Positions 10,438 to 18,920 of a DNA stretch of 37,812 bases are shown piece by piece. Source of the DNA: Bacteroidota bacterium (GTDB taxonomy: Bacteria > Bacteroidota > Bacteroidia > Bacteroidales > PWNQ01); assembly GCA_051748065.1 (NCBI GenBank), contig JBNJGZ010000002.1:1-37812 (forward strand). Direction: 5' to 3'. The notes under the pieces are model-generated. The model made no database searches. It saw only the letters and a list, made by a program, of their open reading frames with translations, and had not been told where the DNA came from. Positions within the stretch are counted from its first letter, which is position 1, and each line of letters starts with the position of its first letter. The position numbers and the translations under genes were made by a program.

Positions 10438-11457
10438 CTAATTCATGATCTTGAATACCATTTCTTTTAGTAGCTCTCCATCGCTCGTGGATGAATTCTC
10501 TATTCCTTTCGACTTCAGGTCATAAGTTTTCAAAATATGGATAATTTCTGCTAATTTCCCGAACGAAAAATTCCGTGAAGCAGAAATATAGTCTTTTACA
10601 AGAAAAGGATGTAGCCCAATAACCTGGCTCAGATCATTAGGTGTTTTAGATTTAGACTTGTGTACCAGCATTAATTTGGTGAAGTAAAAATATAAATTGG
10701 AAGTAATCCTGAGCAAAGGGAAAGATTTTTCGTTTTTGCTGAAATAGTCTGCAATCAAATATGTTCTGGGAGTATTCCGGGAACCGATTGCATTTTGTAA
10801 CTCAAAAATATTGTAATCTTTGCTGATCCCAATATTTTGTTCGATGTGCTGTTCTGTAATTTCTTGGGTCTCTTTTTCCAGGCTGATCATTATTTTATCC
10901 AGTTCATTGGCGATTTTTGACAAATCGTTTCCCACATATTCCGTAACCATTATGCTGGCTTTAGGTGTGATGGAATAATTTCTGTTGGACAAATAGGTGT
11001 TAATCCAATTGGGGATTTGGTTATCGTATAACTTTTTCGACTGAAAGCGAACTCCGTTTTCTCGGACGGATTTACCTAAAGATTTTCGTCCGTCAATGGC
11101 TTTATGTTTGTGAACTAATACTAAGAGTGTGGATTTTAGTGGATTGTTGACATAAGATGTGAGATCGTTCAGTTTTTGCATGGATTGAGCTTCCCTGACA
11201 ATCACAACATGATGATTGGCAGCCATTGGATAGCGCTTGGCGGTAGAAATTACTTGCTGGGCTGATACATCTTTTCCATATAAAATATCGAGATTGAACT
11301 CTTTTTCCATTTCATTTAATACAGTATTTTCTATGACTTCTACCAACTTATCAATGAAAAAAGATTCTTCACCGTGGAAAAGATAAACCGGATGATATAC
11401 TTTGTTTTTTAAATCCTGATAGATTTGTTTGAATTCGTCAATAACACTTTTAGCCAT
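10438..11457 (-). CDS. holA: DNA polymerase III subunit delta
   Basis: YLFHGEESFFID, EFNLDILYG, AKRYPM, NELDKI, IGISKDYNIFEL. Confidence 0.95.
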   Translation of the reverse strand: MAKSVIDEFKQIYQDLKNKVYHPVYLFHGEESFFIDKLVEVIENTVLNEMEKEFNLDILYGKDVSAQQVISTAKRYPMAANHHVVIVREAQSMQKLNDLTSYVNNPLKSTLLVLVHKHKAIDGRKSLGKSVRENGVRFQSKKLYDNQIPNWINTYLSNRNYSITPKASIMVTEYVGNDLSKIANELDKIMISLEKETQEITEQHIEQNIGISKDYNIFELQNAIGSRNTPRTYLIADYFSKNEKSFPLLRITSNLYFYFTKLMLVHKSKSKTPNDLSQVIGLHPFLVKDYISASRNFSFGKLAEIIHILKTYDLKSKGIENSSTSDGELLKEMVFKIMN

Positions 11458-11459
11458 AA

Positions 11460-12242
11460 TTATTCGTTGATATCAAATTTTAGGTGTTTGACTGTTAAAT
11501 TGTTGTTGATTAGCTGTTTTAGTGAGTCAATTCCTATTTGCAGGTGTTCATCTGTATATTCTTTAGTTACTTTTTTATCGGATTTTTCCGTTTTTACTCC
11601 GCTGGAGATCATGGGTTGATCAGAAACCAGTAATAATGCTCCGGTTGGAACGTGATTAGCAAAACCTGCTGTGAAGATAGTGGCTGTTTCCATGTCGATA
11701 GCCATTGTACGAGTAGTCTTCAGATACTCTTTAAACTGGCCATCATGTTCCCAGACTCTTCTGTTTGTTGTAAAAACGGTTCCGGTCCAGTAATCTTTTT
11801 GATGTTCCCGTATGGTAGTAGAAATAGCTTTTTGAAGGTTAAACGCTGGTAAAGCAGGAACTTCCGGCGGTAAATAATCATTGGAGGTTCCTTCCCCGCG
11901 AATCGCTGCAATAGGTAATATTAAGTCGCCCAGGTTGTTTTTCTTCTTTAAACCACCACATTTGCCCAGAAACAGAACTGCTTTTGGCGATATGGCGCTG
12001 AGTAAATCCATAATAGTTGCTGCATTGGCACTCCCCATGCTAAAATTGATAATCGTTATATTTTCGGCCGTGCAGGAAGGCATTTGACGATCCTGACCTT
12101 TGACAGGGACATCCATTTTGGTAGCAAAACGCTCTACATATTCCTGAAAATTAACCAGTAAAATGTATTCTCCGAAGTTTTCCAGTTTTAATCCTGTATA
12201 ACGTGGTAGCCAGTTGGTTACTATGTCTTGTTTGGTTCGCAT
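11460..12242 (-). CDS. amn: AMP nucleosidase (PNP/UDP phosphorylase family, Bacteroidota type)
   Basis: NWLPRYTG, MGSANAA, FLGKCGG, IRGEGTS, TTNRRVWE, DMETAT. Confidence 0.9.
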   Translation of the reverse strand: MRTKQDIVTNWLPRYTGLKLENFGEYILLVNFQEYVERFATKMDVPVKGQDRQMPSCTAENITIINFSMGSANAATIMDLLSAISPKAVLFLGKCGGLKKKNNLGDLILPIAAIRGEGTSNDYLPPEVPALPAFNLQKAISTTIREHQKDYWTGTVFTTNRRVWEHDGQFKEYLKTTRTMAIDMETATIFTAGFANHVPTGALLLVSDQPMISSGVKTEKSDKKVTKEYTDEHLQIGIDSLKQLINNNLTVKHLKFDINE

Positions 12243-12265
12243 AAGCTATGCTTTATTATTAGAAA

Positions 12266-12273
12266 CAAAGATA
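12266..12273 (-). promoter_or_regulatory. -7 promoter element for amn-holA
   Basis: TATCTTTG on the minus strand, 23 nt upstream of the ATG. Confidence 0.55.
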
Positions 12274-12470
12274 ATGAGAATAATGTTATTTTTACCACAT
12301 CTGATTTACATTTTATGCATGAATAATCCAGAGTAGAAAGAATATTTTTGTAAAAACAATTATGCAGTTTGAAGGTTGATGTGATTGTAGGTTAAGGAAA
12401 TTTGATGAGATAAAAGAAAAGAAGGTTGCTATCAATGTTTCAAAATAAGGAATGAAAATTAAACGAATTT

Positions 12471-12938
12471 ATGCGTGAAAAAAGAACCTTGAATTTTCCG
12501 GAGTTTGACCATAAGATCAAACAAGTCGATAACGAAGAGTATATATTTGATCCGGTAAGAAAAAAATATGTCAAACTTACACCTGAAGAGTGGGTGCGCC
12601 AGCACGCAATCCATTATTTGGTAGGTTATAAAAAGGTTCCGTTAAGTCTCGTATCTGTAGAAAAACAGTTCAAATACAATAAAATGCAGCAGCGTGCCGA
12701 TCTGGTGGTTTTTAAATCTACAGGAAAACCGATGTTAATTGTTGAATGTAAAGCTCCGTCGGTAAAAATAACACAAGAGACTTTTGAGCAAATTGCACGG
12801 TATAATGTGGCTATTCGTGTTGATTACCTTATGGTTACAAATGGAATAGACCATTTTTACTGCAAAATGGATTATAAGAAATGGTCTTATGCTTTTTTAA
12901 AAGAACTCCCTGACTATGATCAATGGCAAGTGGAGTGA
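12471..12938 (+). CDS. Stand-alone type I restriction enzyme HsdR N-terminal-domain protein (PD-(D/E)xK fold)
   Basis: IFDPVRKKYVKLTPEEWVRQ, RADLVV...IVECK, QIARYN, VTNG; 155 aa with no helicase domain. Confidence 0.88.
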   Translation: MREKRTLNFPEFDHKIKQVDNEEYIFDPVRKKYVKLTPEEWVRQHAIHYLVGYKKVPLSLVSVEKQFKYNKMQQRADLVVFKSTGKPMLIVECKAPSVKITQETFEQIARYNVAIRVDYLMVTNGIDHFYCKMDYKKWSYAFLKELPDYDQWQVE

Positions 12939-12952
12939 GGCCACTGAAGAAA

Positions 12953-13471
12953 TTACACGTTCCGAAAATGCTTTTCAATAGCATGAACTGCATTGTTTAA
13001 TCTTTCATTGTTTAATCCGGTAATTATTTCAAAAGGAAAATCTCTTTGCTTTAGTTCATTTTCATATATAGAAAACAACGTTTTTCGTTTATGCGGGTGT
13101 TCTCTTAGTGGATCTTCCTCCCACGGAGTATCAATATAGCAAAGAAGATAAAGATCATAAATATGATTGTCCAATTGCTGCTCAATCCAGTCTGGGCAAC
13201 GGCCAAAAACAAAATCACTCCATATTTTAGGAACCAACATACTGGTGTCACAAAACAACAGACTGTTTGCTTTTTGTGCTTTTTCTTGTTCTAACTCTAA
13301 TTGTTGTTGAGCAATATATAAGATGTCATTCTGATTGTATTCCCTGTTGAGGCTTGCTATATAATCACGGGCATATTCCGGCACCCAAACAGTATCGTAA
13401 TGTTTAGCCAGGTTTTTTGTTAACCAGGATTTTCCGGTCGATTCGGGCCCTGTAATGACAATTCTTTTCAT
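12953..13471 (-). CDS. NadR-type P-loop kinase (nicotinamide riboside kinase-like, AAA_28)
   Basis: GPESTGKS, PEYAR, CDT, WEEDPLRE. The ATG at 13471 is preferred to the TTG at 13477. No NMNAT or HTH domain. Confidence 0.88.
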   Translation of the reverse strand: MKRIVITGPESTGKSWLTKNLAKHYDTVWVPEYARDYIASLNREYNQNDILYIAQQQLELEQEKAQKANSLLFCDTSMLVPKIWSDFVFGRCPDWIEQQLDNHIYDLYLLCYIDTPWEEDPLREHPHKRKTLFSIYENELKQRDFPFEIITGLNNERLNNAVHAIEKHFRNV

Positions 13472-13511
13472 GATCAAATAATTAGGTAATATATAGAAAT
13501 CCTATATATGG

Positions 13512-13519
13512 CAAACTTA
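13512..13519 (-). promoter_or_regulatory. Internal -7 promoter element upstream of the NadR-type kinase
   Basis: TAAGTTTG(C) on the minus strand in the pnuC-kinase gap. Confidence 0.45.
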
Positions 13520-13533
13520 ACTTTTTATCTGGT

Positions 13534-14133
13534 TTATATATTTGTATTTAATTCTTTTTTCCATTCGTGATATCCTTTGAAAGCCAGTATGGTAAGGACG
13601 ATAAACAGTATCGTTGTAGGAAACAATCCCTTAAAAATATAAAGACCGACAGAAACAGCATCTACGACTATCCAAATAATCCAATTTTCAATCAGCTTCC
13701 GGGCAAGCATCCAGGTAGCAACAAAACTTAATGAAGTCGTGAATGCGTCCAAATAAGGAACATCTGAATTGGTGTGGTTTATAAGAATATAACTAATAAT
13801 AACAAACAACAATATTGTTGCCAAAATCAGAAATGGCCAGACCTTCTTTCGTGTACGCGTCACCGGGACTTGCTTTTGGTCTGTTCTTTTTTTTCGGCCA
13901 TAAAGCCAATAGAACCAGCCATAGCCGCTCATTACCAGATAATAAACCTGAAGCGACATGTCAGCGTATAAACGGGCATCAATATAAACAATGATGTATA
14001 GACTCACCATAACAATATTAACCGGCCACAGCCACAGGTTTTGTTTTATCTGAAGAACAATGGAAACAAGACCTAAAGCCATAGCCAGCAATTCGATATA
14101 ATTGCCGGTGATGTATTCAATAATGACTGCCAT
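13534..14133 (-). CDS. pnuC: PnuC-family vitamin/nucleoside transporter
   Basis: About 7 TM helices; WLWP, LYAD..LQVYY, GWFYW, PYLDAFTT, ENWIIW motifs. Confidence 0.92.
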   Translation of the reverse strand: MAVIIEYITGNYIELLAMALGLVSIVLQIKQNLWLWPVNIVMVSLYIIVYIDARLYADMSLQVYYLVMSGYGWFYWLYGRKKRTDQKQVPVTRTRKKVWPFLILATILLFVIISYILINHTNSDVPYLDAFTTSLSFVATWMLARKLIENWIIWIVVDAVSVGLYIFKGLFPTTILFIVLTILAFKGYHEWKKELNTNI

Positions 14134-14135
14134 AG

Positions 14136-14393
14136 TTAGCTTTCAGGCGAAAGGTCTGCATTAATGATTTTTAGCACGAAAATCGATCCGGGTAGCTCAA
14201 ATGATTTATGGATTTCTTTTGTGATAATATCCATCATCTCAAAATATTCTCCAAAAACCTGTGTACTCATTGTATTTACATGAACCCTTATGGAGTCATA
14301 ACTTTTTAAGCGGTCTATAAAACCCTGAATAGGTGCTATGTATTCTTCTTTTAGCGGATAGTAACTAATCTCTATTGATGTCTTCACGTTCAT
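14136..14393 (-). CDS. Small YkoF/thiamine-binding-protein-like (ferredoxin-like fold) protein
   Basis: EISYYPL...I..FI..L and NTMSTQVFGE pattern. The ATG at 14393 gives 85 aa; the longer ORF start runs through AT-rich UTR. Confidence 0.7.
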   Translation of the reverse strand: MNVKTSIEISYYPLKEEYIAPIQGFIDRLKSYDSIRVHVNTMSTQVFGEYFEMMDIITKEIHKSFELPGSIFVLKIINADLSPES

Positions 14394-14511
14394 GATTTTT
14401 TTTGGTTCTATCTTGATAACAACAAAAATTGTTTGCGTTTTATAAACGAATAACAACTAATTTATTTTTTACAATGAAATAATATTTTGTTGTAACGATA
14501 ATTTGTTGCGG

Positions 14512-14519
14512 CAAATATA
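14512..14519 (-). promoter_or_regulatory. -7 promoter element for the ykoF-like/pnuC operon
   Basis: TATATTTG(C) on the minus strand, implying a leader of about 115 nt. Confidence 0.5.
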
Positions 14520-14543
14520 TTACAATTCAGGGAAGAAGGGTGG

Positions 14544-15923
14544 TTAGTAGATAATATTCAGGTTTCCTTTTTTGGTCGTCTGATGTTTATCATTGACTTG
14601 TAAGATGTAATAATAGGAGCCTTGTGGCAGATTACCTCCATCGAAATCATTTTGGTAATTTTCATCTACAAACAGTTCTTTTCCATTGCGGTCTAAAATG
14701 ATGAGTTTGCTGCCGGGGTAATTTTCGAGACCTTCAATTTTAAAGTAATCATTCACTCCGTCACCGTTCGGTGTGATTACATTGGGTATAGTAAGATCGC
14801 AAGATTCAAAGATAACTGTTGTTTGATACTCATAAGTTTCACAACCTGTTATTTCAAGCGAGTAATGTTTTGTAGATGCGGAAATCTCCGAAACAAAATT
14901 TACAGGGCTTTCTACACCATCCGACCATTGAAAATCATATTTCTCATCGTAAAATCCGGGATCCAGTTTCTGGTTCTTATTAATGCAGACGTTATATTGC
15001 CGGCGTAATTTTACATCAGGTTCCGGGAGGTACCGGACTTGAAAATCCGGGGTTGAAATTGTATCGTTTTCAACATTTGTAAGTATGGCAGTATATAAAC
15101 CACTTTCTTCAATCAGCAAGCTATCTTTATCACTGGTATTTGCCCATTTAATGCTATATCCCTTAGGAACAGAAGGTAAATGAAACCAGGTAGGGGAAGT
15201 AATGCACGTATCATTATAAAAGTCCAGTTCTTGAGATACTTGTTCTGATGCAATAGCAATTTCTTCATTTGATGTTTTACCGGCGTCCGATCCTTGTTGA
15301 CTTTCCGAACCTGAATGTTGGCTATCCGGTTGATTTTGGTTTTTTGCGAATTGAGCCTCTGATCCTTTTGCAGAATATTCTCCGTCTTTATTCTCTTGTT
15401 TGGTTGCTTTTTTTTCTTCTTCTGCTTTTTGAGCAGTGGCTGTTTTTCCTGCAGTCTGTTTTCTTTTCTTTAATGTATCCGGCTTTTCTTGTTGTTTTTT
15501 TGCCAGTTCTTTGGTTTTTAATCGACTGATGTCATTTTTGCTCTTTTCTGGGATAACCTGTTGGGATTGATCGTCAGTCTTCTTCTGTTCTTCGGTCTGG
15601 TTGGTGTCAGCGTGCACTAATCCCTGATCAGGTTGTATATTATCGGGTTGTTGTTGAGAGTTATCAGTAAAGTAAAACACAGAAATCAAGACTAGTCCAA
15701 TAATTGCAGCAGCCGCGGCAACTGCAGTCCAGGGCCGGGAAACCAGCTTTTTATAAACCGGTTTCCTGACTGGTTTCGCAGGCATCTCTTTTGTCATGCC
15801 GACGATCTTTGAGGAGAATTCTTCAAAATAGTTCTCAGGAGTCTTAAAACTATCTCCTTTTGCATGACGGTCGATTATGCTTGTGTCAGGCTTATTATTT
15901 GTATATTTTGTTTTTCTTCCCAT
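14544..15923 (-). CDS. Putative anti-sigma factor with single TM helix, disordered linker and gliding-motility-associated (T9SS type B) C-terminal domain
   Basis: N-terminal FKTPENYF motif, TM at aa 65-85, Q/K/E/S-rich linker, C-terminal IPNVITPNGDGVNDYF...DRNG...DG..LP.GSYYY; lies directly after an ECF sigma gene. Confidence 0.8.
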   Translation of the reverse strand: MGRKTKYTNNKPDTSIIDRHAKGDSFKTPENYFEEFSSKIVGMTKEMPAKPVRKPVYKKLVSRPWTAVAAAAAIIGLVLISVFYFTDNSQQQPDNIQPDQGLVHADTNQTEEQKKTDDQSQQVIPEKSKNDISRLKTKELAKKQQEKPDTLKKRKQTAGKTATAQKAEEEKKATKQENKDGEYSAKGSEAQFAKNQNQPDSQHSGSESQQGSDAGKTSNEEIAIASEQVSQELDFYNDTCITSPTWFHLPSVPKGYSIKWANTSDKDSLLIEESGLYTAILTNVENDTISTPDFQVRYLPEPDVKLRRQYNVCINKNQKLDPGFYDEKYDFQWSDGVESPVNFVSEISASTKHYSLEITGCETYEYQTTVIFESCDLTIPNVITPNGDGVNDYFKIEGLENYPGSKLIILDRNGKELFVDENYQNDFDGGNLPQGSYYYILQVNDKHQTTKKGNLNIIY

Positions 15924-15968
15924 GAATTTTCTTATGCTGTCAATAAGATACGTTTTTTCATTTCAGGT

Positions 15969-16517
15969 TTAATCATCTTTTAATTTTTCTTCTATTTTTT
16001 TTACAGCCCAATGATAAGATGCTTTCAAAGAGCCTTCTGATGTATTGAATATTTTGGCCATTTCGGCATAAGGAATTTCTTCGAAATACCTCATATTAAA
16101 GACCATTTGTTGTTTTTCGGGCAAGGATAGGATCGCTTTTTGCAGCTTGAGTTGGGCCTGGTCCCCGTCAAACCAGGGGTCACATTTTAATGACTGAAGC
16201 ATTTCCTCTTTTAATTCGGTTGTAGGTAAATTCCGAAGTCGTTTTTTCTTTCGAAAAAATGTGTACACTTCGTTAATAGTAATGCGATATATCCAGGCAT
16301 AGAGCCCGGATTGATGCCTGAAATTTGCCAGATTTTGCCAGATTTTGATAAAAGTTTCCTGCATCACATCGTTCGTATCTTCATGATTGAGAAGCATACG
16401 ACGGATTATCCAATATACCCTTTGTTGGTATTGGTTTACCAGCATTTCAAACGCTTTCGGACGCTTTTCCGGCTGTTTGAATAATTCAAGTATCTCTTTA
16501 TCTGAGTATGATGGCAT
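15969..16517 (-). CDS. ECF RNA polymerase sigma factor (SigP-like)
   Basis: Region 2 (DVMQETFIKIW, AWIYRITIN) and region 4 (LPEKQQMVFNMRY, SEGSLKASYHWA), plus a DPWFDGD linker; 182 aa. Confidence 0.93.
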   Translation of the reverse strand: MPSYSDKEILELFKQPEKRPKAFEMLVNQYQQRVYWIIRRMLLNHEDTNDVMQETFIKIWQNLANFRHQSGLYAWIYRITINEVYTFFRKKKRLRNLPTTELKEEMLQSLKCDPWFDGDQAQLKLQKAILSLPEKQQMVFNMRYFEEIPYAEMAKIFNTSEGSLKASYHWAVKKIEEKLKDD

Positions 16518-16524
16518 TCAGTTA

Positions 16525-17481
16525 TCATTCCTTGCGACGGAGAACTTTCAGGGCAGCCTCAACAATACTCTTGTCTGTTAATCCGTATTTTTCCATTAAT
16601 TCATCCGGCTTACCACTTTCTCCAAAAGTGTCATCCACACCGACCATTTCCATGGGTGCAGGATAATGTTTCCCTAATGTATGAGCGACGCTTTCACCAA
16701 GTCCTCCGTTTAGCATGTGTTCTTCGGCTGTTACCACACAATTTGTTTTTTTCACCGACTGCAAAATGGTTTTCGTGTCAAGTGGTTTAATTGTATGAAT
16801 ATTAATGACTTCAGTAGATATACCTTTTTGTTTTAATAGTTGTTCTGCCTGAATTGCCGGCCAAACTAAATGACCGGTTGCAATAATAGTGACATCATTT
16901 CCTTCCGTAAGTTTAATTGCTTCCCCAATTTTAAATGGCATGTTTTCGGGTATAAATACCGGCATTTTAGGTCGGCCAAAGCGTAAATAAACCGGGCCGT
17001 AGTGTTCAGCAGCAGCTTTAGTAGCCTGCATGGTTTGCGTATAATCGCATGGATTGATAACCGTCATATTGGGAAGCATTTTCATCATGCCAAGATCTTC
17101 CAGCATTTGGTGCGTAGCTCCGTCTTCTCCTAATGTTAGCCCCGCATGAGATACACAAATTTTAACATTCTTATTACTATAGGCTATAGATTGGCGAATT
17201 TGATCGTACACGCGGCCTGAGCCAAAATTAGCAAATGTAGACGGAAAAGGAATTTTTCCTGCTGTTGCCATGCCGGCAGCAACGCCCATCATATTAGCCT
17301 CGGATATGCCGGATTGGAAAAACCGTTCCGGATAAGCTTTCGCAAAGTCTCCCATTTTTAGCGAACCTGTCAGGTCTGCGCATAAACCGACAACCTGATC
17401 GTTATCTTTGGCGATTTCGAGTAATGCTGCTCCATAGCCGGAGCGAGTGTCTTTATGATCTCTTACTTTATATTTGTTCAT
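16525..17481 (-). CDS. Transketolase, C-terminal subunit
   Basis: ADLTGS, GISEANM, GEDGATHQ, GPVYLRFGR, EEH. Confidence 0.95.
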   Translation of the reverse strand: MNKYKVRDHKDTRSGYGAALLEIAKDNDQVVGLCADLTGSLKMGDFAKAYPERFFQSGISEANMMGVAAGMATAGKIPFPSTFANFGSGRVYDQIRQSIAYSNKNVKICVSHAGLTLGEDGATHQMLEDLGMMKMLPNMTVINPCDYTQTMQATKAAAEHYGPVYLRFGRPKMPVFIPENMPFKIGEAIKLTEGNDVTIIATGHLVWPAIQAEQLLKQKGISTEVINIHTIKPLDTKTILQSVKKTNCVVTAEEHMLNGGLGESVAHTLGKHYPAPMEMVGVDDTFGESGKPDELMEKYGLTDKSIVEAALKVLRRKE

Positions 17482-17493
17482 GATTTTTGATTT

Positions 17494-18894
17494 TTAATTC
17501 TTATATATTGATATGGTTTGGGCTTCTCCTGATTTTATTTCGAAATCAACTTCACGTGTATGCTTTGAACGGTTTGTAGCCCGGGAGCGAAATACTACCT
17601 TATAATCTCCGGGTAATAAAAATAATGATTCCCGCTGTTGATTTTCAGGCAGGTTATAAACCCATTTTAAACTTCCATCATCTTCATATTTGTATATACT
17701 GCCATAGCCTAAAGTTCCCATTTGAATGACGACCATGCCGGGACTCGGGATATCTATAGTGGTCGTATGGTTATGGTTAACGGCTACATCCTCAATATTT
17801 AAACGGGGAAGAGTTAATACTTCCAAATCGTATTTTCCGATTAAATATTTTTCTTTTTTGCCAACATTTTGGACATTAAGTGTTTTCATCTTGCCATCTT
17901 TTCTTACAATACAATTGATATGATGGGTTTTGTTTTTTTTGCCGTCAAATTTCAATTTTAAATATCCTTGCGGAGCATCAATGCCGATTTTATTATGTTT
18001 TCCTGCCGTTAAGCTGAAGGAGTCAATGGTTAAGGGGGGAATTGTATGAATATCAATTTTATATGTGATCATTGGGTCTAACTTGAGTGTGTCCGGGTTT
18101 CCTTTGGCATTAAGTGTATGAATGAGATTATATTTTAGTTCGTCTGAAGTTTTATTATAGAAAGACATATTCACGTTAGTCTCAGTGGGCTTTCCATTAA
18201 TGTCCAGCAGATTGACCTGAGCAGTTGTCGGATTAAGGGCTCTGTCAATAGCAATATTAAGCGCAGTGCGAAATTCATCTTCATTTTGAGTGTCGTAATA
18301 TGTTCCTACACAGTCAAAAGCGTCTTTGAAATCTTTTCCAATGCCGATAACAAAAGGTTTTAAAATGACACCTTTTTCCTGAAGTTTAATAGAAACATCA
18401 CAGGGGTCTCCACCGCATTCTTCAATTCCATCGGTGATCAGAATAATGATATTCCGGCAATTTTCACATTCAGTGAAATCGTCAGCAGCCTGTTCCAGAG
18501 AGCGGGCTATCGGTGTGGTTCCTTTGGGAGCAATGGATTTTAGTTTGTGTACGATCTGGTCAATATTGTCATCTTCGAATGGGATTTCCAGTTTAGTGTC
18601 GTCACATTGCTGGGGTGGAAAATGGTGTTGATGTCCATATACGCGAAGACCTAACTGCATGTTTTTATGTCCGCGTAAGCTGTCTAACATTTCGGTTAGT
18701 AACCTTCGGGCAATGTCTATTTTGGGTTCATTATCCCATTCTCCGTACATACTCCTGGAGGCATCAAAAACAAAAAGGATACGTGTTAACTGATTATTTT
18801 TGCTTTCTGTTTTTTGGTGTTGGGCAATAACAGACTTAGTGGTTATTAGAGCCAACAGAAAAAATAACGTAATAAGAGCGCTTTTGATCCTCAT
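17494..18894 (-). CDS. Secreted von Willebrand factor A domain protein
   Basis: Signal peptide, MIDAS DxSxS (DASRS), GTTP, ITDG.E.CGGDPC; beta-rich C-terminal half. Confidence 0.88.
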   Translation of the reverse strand: MRIKSALITLFFLLALITTKSVIAQHQKTESKNNQLTRILFVFDASRSMYGEWDNEPKIDIARRLLTEMLDSLRGHKNMQLGLRVYGHQHHFPPQQCDDTKLEIPFEDDNIDQIVHKLKSIAPKGTTPIARSLEQAADDFTECENCRNIIILITDGIEECGGDPCDVSIKLQEKGVILKPFVIGIGKDFKDAFDCVGTYYDTQNEDEFRTALNIAIDRALNPTTAQVNLLDINGKPTETNVNMSFYNKTSDELKYNLIHTLNAKGNPDTLKLDPMITYKIDIHTIPPLTIDSFSLTAGKHNKIGIDAPQGYLKLKFDGKKNKTHHINCIVRKDGKMKTLNVQNVGKKEKYLIGKYDLEVLTLPRLNIEDVAVNHNHTTTIDIPSPGMVVIQMGTLGYGSIYKYEDDGSLKWVYNLPENQQRESLFLLPGDYKVVFRSRATNRSKHTREVDFEIKSGEAQTISIYKN

Positions 18895-18920
18895 AAAAAT
18901 GTTATTTTAATCGATTTATG

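Noticed and set aside
12471-12938. Type I restriction-modification or defence system
   Set aside because: Only a 155-aa HsdR N-terminal-like domain, with no hsdM/hsdS or helicase. The amn/holA neighbourhood is ordinary Bacteroidota core genome.
14394-14543. TPP riboswitch upstream of ykoF-like/pnuC
   Set aside because: No CTGAGA or CCTGA...TAAT...GCG.AGG core on the coding strand.
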